Under the pieces are notes generated by a model. It was not told where the DNA came from. It made no database searches and saw only the letters and a list, made by a program, of their open reading frames with translations. This document shows, one piece after another, positions 20,148 through 29,280 of a stretch of DNA of 51,160 nucleotides; position 1 is the stretch's first letter, and each line of letters opens with the position of its first letter. Made by a program: the position numbers and the translations under genes. This stretch comes from an uncultured Clostridia bacterium (GTDB lineage: Bacteria; Bacillota; Clostridia; Christensenellales; CAG-917). Location of the stretch: contig CAMVBZ010000003.1 in NCBI GenBank assembly GCA_947165815.1, positions 1 to 51,160 on the forward strand. Reading direction: 5' to 3'.

Positions 20148-20996
20148 ATGATAAAGTTTGGTCCATCTGGAAATTCAGAGTCGTTTTTTAATGAAGGATA
20201 CAAAAGCACACTAGAAATGCCTGAGTGGCTTTCTAAGCGTAATTTAGACATATTCGAGTATTCATTCGGGAGAGGAGTTTTAGTCACTTCTGAAACGGCT
20301 ACAAAGCTTGGAAACGTAGCAAAACAATATAATATTGAAATTACAGCTCACGCACCATACTTTATTAACTTTTCAGCACTTGAAGTTGAAAAAATAGAAA
20401 ATTCATATAAATATTTATCTAGTTCCTGCAAAATTGAAAGATGTTTTGGTGGAAACAGAGTAGTTTTCCATTCCGGAGCACAAATGAAACAATCTAGAGA
20501 TGTAGCTTTTAACAAAGTTAAAGAGGGAGTTGAGAAAGCAATCTACAGATTAATAGAAGAAGGATATGATGATATGTACATTTGCCCAGAAACAATGGGG
20601 AAACAAGGACAAATAGGAACAGTACAAGAAGTTATAGATTTATGTAAAATACATAAAAATATCATCCCATGCGTAGATTTTGGTCATGTAAATGCATTGT
20701 TACAAGGTGCTTTAAAGACAACTGACGACTATAAGAGAATAGTTTTAGATCCAATGCTAGACCAACTAGGATACGAAAAAGTCAAAAATATGCACGTACA
20801 TTTTTCCAAAATACAATACGGTGCAAAAGGTGAGATTAAACACTTAACATTTGAAGATACAGAATATGGTCCAGAATTCGAACCATTGGCTGTTGCATTA
20901 AAAGAGTATAAACTTGAGCCTTATATTTTGTCTGAATCTGCAGGAACTCAAGCAGAAGACTCATTTGAAATGAAGAGGATTTTCAATTCTTTATAA
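20148..20996 (+). CDS. Endonuclease IV-like TIM-barrel protein (AP endonuclease family 2)
   Basis: HAPYFIN, VVFHSG, PETMGKQGQIG, CVDFGH and HVHFS metal-ligand motifs. ATG 20148 follows GAGGTG. Confidence 0.85.
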   Translation: MIKFGPSGNSESFFNEGYKSTLEMPEWLSKRNLDIFEYSFGRGVLVTSETATKLGNVAKQYNIEITAHAPYFINFSALEVEKIENSYKYLSSSCKIERCFGGNRVVFHSGAQMKQSRDVAFNKVKEGVEKAIYRLIEEGYDDMYICPETMGKQGQIGTVQEVIDLCKIHKNIIPCVDFGHVNALLQGALKTTDDYKRIVLDPMLDQLGYEKVKNMHVHFSKIQYGAKGEIKHLTFEDTEYGPEFEPLAVALKEYKLEPYILSESAGTQAEDSFEMKRIFNSL

Positions 20997-21058
20997 TTCC
21001 TAGAGAAAAATTTTAATAAAAAATGATAGGGAAATGTATTCAAATACACATTTAGAAC

Positions 21059-21086
21059 TATTCGCAAAATACTTCTTTTGCGAAAT
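21059..21086. other. Candidate dif (Xer chromosome dimer resolution) site
   Basis: TATTCGCAAAA-TACTTC-TTTTGCGAAAT: 11-6-11 architecture with a perfect 9-bp inverted repeat, at the point where gene orientation converges. No U-tract on either strand. Confidence 0.55.
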
Positions 21087-21203
21087 GAAATAAAAATATT
21101 TTCGCTTTTCTAGTGGATTTATTGATTTTTTCGAAATTTCGTTTTTTCTGACCGTTTATTCGGATTATTTGTTTTTTCTTTGATAATTTATCCGTCAAAA
21201 CGA

Positions 21204-22448
21204 TTATTTTAAAATCTTATTCAAACTGTATTCGACAGCCAATTTAACATGTTCATACGTTAATCCGCCTTGAACATATGCGATAAATGGTTCACGAATT
21301 GGCGAATCTGCACTTAATTCTATGGATGCGCCTCCGATAAATGTTCCAGCTGCCATAATAACTTGATCTTGATATCCAGGCATATCCCAAGGTTCTAGCG
21401 TTACATTGCTGTCAATTGGCGAAATTTCTTGGATACTGCGACAAAATGCGATTAATTTATCCTTATTATTGAATTTTATGCTTGTCACGATATCATTTGG
21501 CTCGTATCCTTGCTTTGGTAAAGTCTCAAGTCCTAGCTTAGAATAAGCTCTTGCGAACAAAAGCGAGCCTTTTAAGGCGTTTTTTACTGTAATCGGAGCT
21601 AGGAATAATCCTTGATAAAATGGCAAATATGTCGAAATATAAGATCCAATTTCGCTTCCAACACCTGGACAAGTCAATCTTTGAGCAGCTCTTTCGACTA
21701 AATCGGCTCTTCCTACAACATAACCACCAGTTGGAGCTATGCCACCACCAGGATTTTTGATTAAAGATCCAGCACAAAGCGTTGCACCGACTTCAATTGG
21801 TTCTTTTTCATTAACAAACTCACCATAACAGTTATCAACAATGATAATTATGTCTTTTTTTAGGCTTTTTACATAATCACAAATATCTTTGATATTTGAT
21901 ATTGTTAATGGTTGTTTCCAACAATATCCACGACTTCTTTGCATGAAAATTGCTGTAATATTCTCTTTTTCGATTTTTTTCTTAATTTCATCATATCTAA
22001 AATGTGGATCTCCGTTTTCGTCAATATCTAAGTCAATTGCTTCAAAAGAAACACCATAATCTTTTAAAGAACCACAATTTTCGCCTTGAATTACGTCCAT
22101 TAATGTGTCATAAGGCTCTCCAGTTACAGATAAAATCTTGTCTCCAGCCTTGCAAACAGCAAATAACATTAATGATAATGCGTGTGTTCCAGATGAAATT
22201 AAAGGAGAAACTAATGCAGATTCGGCCTTAAATATGTCTGCAAATACTTTTCCAAGCGTGTCTCTAGCATCATCTCCATATCCATAACCAGTAGATCCAT
22301 TGAAGTGTCTAGCTTGGATTTTGTTGTTTTTGAATGCATTTAAGACCTTTTCTTGGTTAAAAAGCGCTATTTCGTCAATTCTTTCAAACTGATTTGTTAA
22401 TTCTTGCTCACTTTCTTTAATTATCATTTTTGCAGTAATTTCGGCCAT
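21204..22448 (-). CDS. YnbB-like PLP enzyme (methionine gamma-lyase / aluminium resistance family)
   Basis: STGYGYGD, SGTHA, QRSRGY, VDNCYGEF, GSLIKNPGGG and IMAAGTFIGGASIELSAD motifs. Confidence 0.93.
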   Translation of the reverse strand: MAEITAKMIIKESEQELTNQFERIDEIALFNQEKVLNAFKNNKIQARHFNGSTGYGYGDDARDTLGKVFADIFKAESALVSPLISSGTHALSLMLFAVCKAGDKILSVTGEPYDTLMDVIQGENCGSLKDYGVSFEAIDLDIDENGDPHFRYDEIKKKIEKENITAIFMQRSRGYCWKQPLTISNIKDICDYVKSLKKDIIIIVDNCYGEFVNEKEPIEVGATLCAGSLIKNPGGGIAPTGGYVVGRADLVERAAQRLTCPGVGSEIGSYISTYLPFYQGLFLAPITVKNALKGSLLFARAYSKLGLETLPKQGYEPNDIVTSIKFNNKDKLIAFCRSIQEISPIDSNVTLEPWDMPGYQDQVIMAAGTFIGGASIELSADSPIREPFIAYVQGGLTYEHVKLAVEYSLNKILK

Positions 22449-22493
22449 TTTTCTTTGTTTTCTCCATTAAAGTATTTTAAAATTCTTTATTTT

Positions 22494-23417
22494 TTAGAAT
22501 TGTTCGGTTGTTTTGAGTCTTGTTTTTATATATGAAAGAGCATCATCATAATTTCCAATTTCAACCCAATGTACGAAAGGATATTTTCTAAACCAGGTTA
22601 GTTGGCGTTTAGCATAATTTCTTGTATCTTGCTTAATTTTATCTACGATTTGCTCTAAATTGTCTCCGTTATAGTCTACGAATTCACGATATCCGATTGC
22701 TTTCATGGAATTATATGTGAAATTATTTACCTTTTGAACCTCAGCTAAAAGTCCAAGAGACATCATTTTGTCTACTCTTTCGTTAATTCTTTCATATAAT
22801 TTGGCTCTATCTGTATTAAAAGCAACCATAATTGGATTAATTTGAGGCTTATTGTCTTTAACTTCGCTCCATTTCTTGTTTGTGAGTTCCATTATTTCAA
22901 GTGCACGGACAATTCTTTTATTATCTGCCATATGAATAACTGTAGAGGCTTCAGGATCCATTTCAAGGAGTTTGTTATACAAATACTCATTTCCTTTCTC
23001 TTTTAGCTCTTGCTCGTATTTAGCACGTACATTTGCGTCTTTTGGAGCTTCTCCAAAACTCATTGGATATAATAATGATTCGAAATAAAGTCCAGTTCCA
23101 CCAACAATTATTGGTAATTTGCCATTATTAATGGCATTTTCTATTTCTTTTTTGGCTCTTTCTGCATATTCTGCAACAGAAAAGTCATAATCTAGTGGAA
23201 CTATATCTACCATTTTTACATTGTATTTTTCTAAAACTTCTTTAGAATCTTTTGCAGTTCCAACATCTAAACCTTGATAAATTTGCATAGAATCACATGA
23301 AATAACCTGACTTTCGAAGGTATCTGCCAAAAAATAAGCAAAATCAGACTTGCCAGATGCAGTAGGTCCAGCAACGAAAATTGGTTCTAGGTTTTCTTTT
23401 GCAACTTTTATCTTCAT
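22494..23417 (-). CDS. miaA: tRNA dimethylallyltransferase
   Basis: GPTASGKS, DSMQIY, VGGTGLY and TRNYAKRQLTWF motifs. Confidence 0.98.
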   Translation of the reverse strand: MKIKVAKENLEPIFVAGPTASGKSDFAYFLADTFESQVISCDSMQIYQGLDVGTAKDSKEVLEKYNVKMVDIVPLDYDFSVAEYAERAKKEIENAINNGKLPIIVGGTGLYFESLLYPMSFGEAPKDANVRAKYEQELKEKGNEYLYNKLLEMDPEASTVIHMADNKRIVRALEIMELTNKKWSEVKDNKPQINPIMVAFNTDRAKLYERINERVDKMMSLGLLAEVQKVNNFTYNSMKAIGYREFVDYNGDNLEQIVDKIKQDTRNYAKRQLTWFRKYPFVHWVEIGNYDDALSYIKTRLKTTEQF

Positions 23418-25294
23418 ACGATTCTCTTAAATAGCTTTTCTATGTCTTTTTTAGATATTGCTACAACAGTTGGTCTTCCATGTGGACATTTGCTTGGTAA
23501 ATTGCCTTGTTCATCTAGAAGAGCTTGTACAACTTGCTTTAATTGTGCACCGCTAAACTCATTTCCACCTTTTATTGCAGCTTTACATGCTTGTTGGCTA
23601 ATCTTATCCTTAACAAGAACTTCCATATTTAGATCTTCATCTGAAATCATGTCTTCAAATAAGTTGCCCATAAACTTCTTAATGTCTATTCCAACTAAAA
23701 TCTCAGGAACAGCATAGAATGTAAATTTTGTTTCACCCTCTTTTATAACATCAAAACCCATAGAATTAAGTTTTGGAATGATTTGAATAAAGTAATCACT
23801 CTCTGTTCCACTTAAATAAAGCGTATATGGTACCAATAAAGGTTGAGATTCCATATTGTCAAGATTCTTTTTAATTTTTTCATAAAGAATTCTTTCATGT
23901 GCAGCATGTTGATCAATTAAATATGCCATTTCGCCTTGTTCAACAAGAATATAAGTGTCAAATAATTGTCCAATAATTTCGCCATCAAAAATTGGAGTTG
24001 ATTCTAAAGAATCATTAGAAATAGAATACTCAGATTTAGAATACTCTGGTGTTCCAATTTGTGTAGGATTTTGCGAAAAGTTATAATCAGATTTTTCAAG
24101 TGTTGAATCAAGTGAATTTAGATCGTTTTCTGGGTTTTGTAACTTGGCTAAATTTGGCAAATAATCTGGTTTTTGTCTAATTGGAGCCTTATATAAATTC
24201 GATGTGTCAAACTTGGTTTGTTCTGGTTTGGGACCTTCGATTTTCTTGCGATATTCTTCTTGTTCTAGGATTCCTTGTCTAGAATTTGCAAAGTTTACAA
24301 CTATATCATGTGCATATTTTGAAATATTGCTATTAATTGTATGATAAACTGCACTAAATACGGCTTGTTGGTTAGAAAATCTCACCTCTGCTTTTCTTGG
24401 ATGTACATTAACATCTAGTTGGTCAAAAGGCATAATTATGTTTAAAACATAAACTGGATAACATCTCTTCATTAGGAATCCAGAATATCCTTGTTCAACT
24501 GCAGTTTGTACAACTTGGCTTTCTACACATCTTCCATTAATAATAATTGTTTGGTATGTTCTATTAGATTTTGTGAATTCAATTTTTGAAATAAATCCAT
24601 CTATTCTAATTCCGTTAAACTCCTCTGCAACTGGCAATAATCCTTGCATTGTCTTACTATCATATACAGAGTATATGGAATCTTCTAATGTTCCACTTTG
24701 TTGCTCAAAAATCATCTTTCCATCTACATTTAATTTAATAGCAATTTCTGGATTAGCTAGCATTAATTTTCTAACTGTATCTACAACCAAATTAGCTTCA
24801 GATGAAGACTTTTTTAAGAACTTTAATCTTGCTGGAGTATTAAAGAAAAGATTTTCAACTTCAATTGTTGTTCCTTGTGAACGAGATGCAAATCCTTCAG
24901 AGACTATCTCTCCACCTTTTAAAGAAATAGTTGCACATTCTCCACCTTTTGGAGTTGTTGTTAATTTAACCTCAGATACGGATGCAATGGATGCAAGAGC
25001 TTCACCTCTGAAACCTAAAGTTGATAAAACGTCTATATCATTAAAATCTTTGATTTTACTAGTTGCATGTGGAAGGAATGCAAGACGCATATCCTCTGGC
25101 AAAATACCAGCACCATCATCTGATACGATAATCTTTTTAATTCCGCCATCTACAATACTGATCTCAATACTGCTTGCACCAGCATCTATGGAGTTCTCAA
25201 CTAGTTCTTTAACAACGGAAGCAGGTCTTTCTACAACCTCTCCAGCTGCTATCATATTAAAAACTTCAGGTTTTAATTGGTTAATTCTTCCCAT
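23414..25294 (-). CDS. mutL: DNA mismatch repair endonuclease MutL
   Basis: IAAGEVVERP, GFRGEAL, DVNVHP; endonuclease motifs DQHAAHER, ACK and CPHGRP. Confidence 0.98.
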   Translation of the reverse strand: MGRINQLKPEVFNMIAAGEVVERPASVVKELVENSIDAGASSIEISIVDGGIKKIIVSDDGAGILPEDMRLAFLPHATSKIKDFNDIDVLSTLGFRGEALASIASVSEVKLTTTPKGGECATISLKGGEIVSEGFASRSQGTTIEVENLFFNTPARLKFLKKSSSEANLVVDTVRKLMLANPEIAIKLNVDGKMIFEQQSGTLEDSIYSVYDSKTMQGLLPVAEEFNGIRIDGFISKIEFTKSNRTYQTIIINGRCVESQVVQTAVEQGYSGFLMKRCYPVYVLNIIMPFDQLDVNVHPRKAEVRFSNQQAVFSAVYHTINSNISKYAHDIVVNFANSRQGILEQEEYRKKIEGPKPEQTKFDTSNLYKAPIRQKPDYLPNLAKLQNPENDLNSLDSTLEKSDYNFSQNPTQIGTPEYSKSEYSISNDSLESTPIFDGEIIGQLFDTYILVEQGEMAYLIDQHAAHERILYEKIKKNLDNMESQPLLVPYTLYLSGTESDYFIQIIPKLNSMGFDVIKEGETKFTFYAVPEILVGIDIKKFMGNLFEDMISDEDLNMEVLVKDKISQQACKAAIKGGNEFSGAQLKQVVQALLDEQGNLPSKCPHGRPTVVAISKKDIEKLFKRIV

Positions 25295-25304
25295 CTTCTA
25301 TCCT

Positions 25305-27935
25305 TTATTTATCCTCAACTTCTCTCTTTAAATCTTGTAAGATTGTGAGAGCTTGTACAGGAGTTATGTTGTTTACATCTATATCTTTAATTATGTCTCT
25401 AATCTTGTCTTGTTCTGGAGTATCGAACAAATTAATTTGTTCAGTCTTAGAATTCTTTCCAGCAACTGAGATTAATAATGAGTTTGTATCTCTGTCTTTA
25501 GACTCGGCTTCAAGTTTCTTCATAATAGTCTTTGCATTGTCTACAACTTCTTTCTTAACACCTGCTAAAGATGCAACTTCAATACCGAAACTACGAGATG
25601 CACCACCACGAACAATCTTATGTAAGAAGATTATTGTGTCTGATGTTTCTCTAACTAATACTCTATAATTCTTTACGCCTTCTAATCCCTCTAATTCTGT
25701 AAGTTCATGGAAATGCGTAGCAAATAACGTTTTTGCTCTTAAATTCTTTGTAATGTACTCTAGAGCAGCCCAGGCAATAGAAAGTCCATCAAAGGTTGAC
25801 GTTCCTCTTCCAATTTCATCTAATATTAAAAGTGAATTTGGTGTTGCATAGTTTAAAATAGTAGCAACTTCTATCATTTCTACCATAAAGGTAGATTGTC
25901 CACCGGAAAGATCATCACTCGCTCCAATTCTTGTAAAGATTCTATCTGTTAAAGCAATCTCTGCACTCTCAGCTGGAACAAAACTTCCAATGTGTGCCAT
26001 TAAAACTATTAGAGCAACTTGTCTCATATATGTACTCTTACCGGCCATATTAGGTCCAGTAATAACCATCGTTCTATTCTCATCTGAATCTAAAGATGTG
26101 TCATTTGGTACATATTGTCCTTTTTCTAATAATTGCTCTACAACAGGATGTCTTCCACCAACAATATTAATTCCTTTAATCTTCTTGTTCATTATTGGAC
26201 GTGAGTACTTATTAGACGCTGCAACCTGAGATAGCGATAGGATTGAATCCAATATACCAATTGCCCTTGCCGTTGTTTGTAGCTCGTTTAGGACTTTGTA
26301 AAGCATACTTTTGAGTTCTTCAAAAATAGATAATTCTATTTTCATTGCATTTTCATCTGCAGAAAGTATCTTATCCTCTATTTCTTTAAGTTCTGGAGTT
26401 ATAAATCTTTCTCCTCCAACTAAGGTTTGTTTTCTAATGTACTCTAGTGGTACTTTATCCTTGAAGGAGTTGCTAACTTCGATATAATATCCAAAGACTT
26501 TGTTGTATCCAACTTTAAGTGTCTTAATACCAGTTTTCTCTTTTTCTGTGTTTTCTAAGTTTAGTAGCCAATCCTTTCCAACATTCTTAATGTCTCTTAA
26601 TTCGTCTAATTCTATAGAATATCCTCTCTTTATGAACCCACCAAGTTTGAAGTTTGCAGGCATATCTCTATCTAATGCTTTTGCAAGAGTTTTGCACTCA
26701 TCCTTTAAAACATGGATATTTGCATTGATTTTCTTAACTAGACTTGCATTAGATCCTGTAATACTTGCTTTAATATCTGGAAGAATTGCTAGTGTGTCTC
26801 CAATTGCTAACAAATCCTTTGGATTTGCATTTCCATATGCGATACGTCCAGCAAGTCTTTCTAGGTCTCTAAAGTCTGATAATGTTGCTCTTATACTCTC
26901 TCTAACTGGTTTGTTTTCTATAAACAACTCAACTGCATCTAATCTAGCGTTAATTTCATTTATGTCTTGCAATGGTTGCTCTATCCATCTTTTTATAGTT
27001 CTTGCACCAACTGCAGTTACAGTCTTGTCTATAACGTTTATTAAAGATCCTTGTCTCTTTCCATCTTTTGCTCTAGATGTAAGCTCTAAATTTCTTCTAG
27101 TTGCTTGGTCTAGAATCATGAAGGAATTGTCTTTAATATATGTAAGCTTGTTAATGTGTGCCATTGCTCTCTTTTGAGTTTGGAATAAATATTCCATTAA
27201 ACCACCAGAAGCAGAAATTGCACATTTCTTATCTTTACATTCAAATGCGTCTAAGGTTACTACATTTAAAAGTGATGTGAGTTTCTTAAGTGCGTATTCA
27301 TAATCATAAGCAAATTCATGATAACATCTACACTTCATTCCGTTATTCTTAAAGAAATCAAGTGTGTAATAGATTCTTGCAAAATGGTCATTAGAAATAA
27401 CTTCTTCAGGCCTTATTGTGCCAAGAATGTCTGAAAGTCTATCTAAATAATTTGCTCCTTCATATTCGTAAAGATTGAATTCACCTGTAGAAATATCCGT
27501 CCAGGCAATTCCAAAAGTTGTGTCATTTGTATATACAGATGCGAGGTAATTTGATGATTTTTCGTCTAATATGTCTTCTTCCATTACGGTTCCAGGAGTT
27601 ACAACACGGACTACATCTCTTTCTACTAATCCTTTAGCAGTTGCTGGATCTTCTATTTGTTCACAAATAGCAACTCTGTATCCGTTCTCTATTAGCTTTC
27701 TAATATAAGTGTCTACAGCATGGAATGGAACTCCTGCCATAGGTGCTCTTTGCTCTAGCCCACAGTCTTTTCCTGTTAATACTAAATCTAGAACCTTAGA
27801 TGCTTCTTCTGCATCTTCAAAGAACATCTCATAAAAGTCTCCAACTCTAAAGAACATAATACAATCTGGGTATTGTTCCTTCATTTCAAAATATTTTCTC
27901 ATCATTGGAGAGATTTTAGACATATCTATATTCAT
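25305..27935 (-). CDS. mutS: DNA mismatch repair protein MutS
   Basis: GDFYEMF, GPNMAGKSTYMRQ and DEIGRGTST motifs; C-terminal clamp motif QINLF. Start moved to ATG 27935 after GAGG. Confidence 0.98.
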   Translation of the reverse strand: MNIDMSKISPMMRKYFEMKEQYPDCIMFFRVGDFYEMFFEDAEEASKVLDLVLTGKDCGLEQRAPMAGVPFHAVDTYIRKLIENGYRVAICEQIEDPATAKGLVERDVVRVVTPGTVMEEDILDEKSSNYLASVYTNDTTFGIAWTDISTGEFNLYEYEGANYLDRLSDILGTIRPEEVISNDHFARIYYTLDFFKNNGMKCRCYHEFAYDYEYALKKLTSLLNVVTLDAFECKDKKCAISASGGLMEYLFQTQKRAMAHINKLTYIKDNSFMILDQATRRNLELTSRAKDGKRQGSLINVIDKTVTAVGARTIKRWIEQPLQDINEINARLDAVELFIENKPVRESIRATLSDFRDLERLAGRIAYGNANPKDLLAIGDTLAILPDIKASITGSNASLVKKINANIHVLKDECKTLAKALDRDMPANFKLGGFIKRGYSIELDELRDIKNVGKDWLLNLENTEKEKTGIKTLKVGYNKVFGYYIEVSNSFKDKVPLEYIRKQTLVGGERFITPELKEIEDKILSADENAMKIELSIFEELKSMLYKVLNELQTTARAIGILDSILSLSQVAASNKYSRPIMNKKIKGINIVGGRHPVVEQLLEKGQYVPNDTSLDSDENRTMVITGPNMAGKSTYMRQVALIVLMAHIGSFVPAESAEIALTDRIFTRIGASDDLSGGQSTFMVEMIEVATILNYATPNSLLILDEIGRGTSTFDGLSIAWAALEYITKNLRAKTLFATHFHELTELEGLEGVKNYRVLVRETSDTIIFLHKIVRGGASRSFGIEVASLAGVKKEVVDNAKTIMKKLEAESKDRDTNSLLISVAGKNSKTEQINLFDTPEQDKIRDIIKDIDVNNITPVQALTILQDLKREVEDK

Positions 27936-27942
27936 CTTTACC

Positions 27943-29280
27943 TCACTCCTTCTTGCCAAATAATGATGCAGACTTGGATTGTTCTATTCTTACATTAAAG
28001 AATTGTCCTACATCTTCTTTGGTTCCACCAAAGTTTACAAGTCTTCCACTTTCCGTTCTTCCACAAACCATTCCATCTAGTTTTGGTGCTACGTCTTCAG
28101 CAAGAACTCTATATACATTACCAACATACTCGTTGGATAATTCTTTTGTTATCTTGTTTTGGAGTTTAATAAGCTCTCCAATTCTTCTCTTTTTAATCTC
28201 ATATGGAATCTGTTCCATACTTGCAGCTGGTGTTCCTTGTCTTGGAGAATAAATAAATGTGAAAGCATTTGAATATCTTACTTGCTCTACTAAATCCATT
28301 GTATCTTTAAAGTCTTCCTCTGTTTCCGTAGGAAAACCAACCATAATATCTGATGTAATTCCAATATCTGGCATCGCTTTTCTAAGCATTTCTATTAAAG
28401 AAAAATATTTTTCTCTTGTATAATGCCTATTCATGTCCTTTAAGACTTTGTTGGATCCAGATTGAACTGGAAGATGGATGTTATTACATATTCTCTTGGA
28501 TGAAGCCATTGCCTCTACAACATCCTCTGTTAAGTCTTTTGGATGATTGGTCATGAATCTTAAACGGAAATCATAATCTAGTGCACCTACTTCTTTTAGA
28601 AGATTTGCAAAATTAGTGTGTCCATCTTTTAAATCATTTCCATAAGAGTTGACGTTTTGGCCCAAAAGTGTGATTTCTTTATATCCTTCATCTAAACATC
28701 TTCTAACTTCATCTACAATTGCATCCATAGGACGAGATAATTCTCTTCCTCTTACATATGGAACAATACAGTATGTGCAGAAGTTGTTGCAGCCATAAAT
28801 AATGTTTACCCAAGCATTAGGATATGAGGTTCTTGTAACAGGTATTTTGTCATCTGTTTCAAGATAATCTTGAACCATTTCTTGAGACATATATTTATAC
28901 TTTTTTTCTTTTTTTCGTGATTCTAACACGTTAAAAATGGCTTCTTTGAGTTGATCTAGGTTCCTTGTTCCTAGCACAATATCCACATATGGATATTTCT
29001 GTTTTAGAAGTGCATCATAACCTTCTTGTTGAGTCATACAACCAACTACAGCAACTATCATATCCTTTTTGTTTTTCTTCTCTGTCTTAACAACACCGAG
29101 GTTTCCAAAGATATGTTTTTCTGCAGTATCTCTAATACAGCAAGTATTGAAAACATAAATATCTGGGATAGTATCTCCAGCTTCTTTATATCCTAGTTCT
29201 TCTAGAATACCTGCGATTTTTTCACTTTCATGGACGTTCATTTGACATCCATAAGTCATTACTTTGTACAACTTATCCAT
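27943..29280 (-). CDS. miaB: tRNA methylthiotransferase MiaB
   Basis: TYGCQMN, NTCCIR, radical-SAM CNNFCTYC, HLPVQSGS and a C-terminal TRAM domain. Confidence 0.96.
   Translation of the reverse strand: MDKLYKVMTYGCQMNVHESEKIAGILEELGYKEAGDTIPDIYVFNTCCIRDTAEKHIFGNLGVVKTEKKNKKDMIVAVVGCMTQQEGYDALLKQKYPYVDIVLGTRNLDQLKEAIFNVLESRKKEKKYKYMSQEMVQDYLETDDKIPVTRTSYPNAWVNIIYGCNNFCTYCIVPYVRGRELSRPMDAIVDEVRRCLDEGYKEITLLGQNVNSYGNDLKDGHTNFANLLKEVGALDYDFRLRFMTNHPKDLTEDVVEAMASSKRICNNIHLPVQSGSNKVLKDMNRHYTREKYFSLIEMLRKAMPDIGITSDIMVGFPTETEEDFKDTMDLVEQVRYSNAFTFIYSPRQGTPAASMEQIPYEIKKRRIGELIKLQNKITKELSNEYVGNVYRVLAEDVAPKLDGMVCGRTESGRLVNFGGTKEDVGQFFNVRIEQSKSASLFGKKE

Noticed and set aside
24573-27177. Long + strand ORFs (252 aa and 225 aa) antisense to mutL and mutS, and similar shadow ORFs across the window
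   Set aside because: They overlap well-conserved genes on the opposite strand and have no recognisable motifs. Such shadows are expected from codon bias.
26400-27180. Apparent abundance of CTAG/TCTAGA, which is often rare in bacteria
   Set aside because: Noticed by eye only and uneven across genes. It cannot be supported without a Markov-corrected tetranucleotide count.
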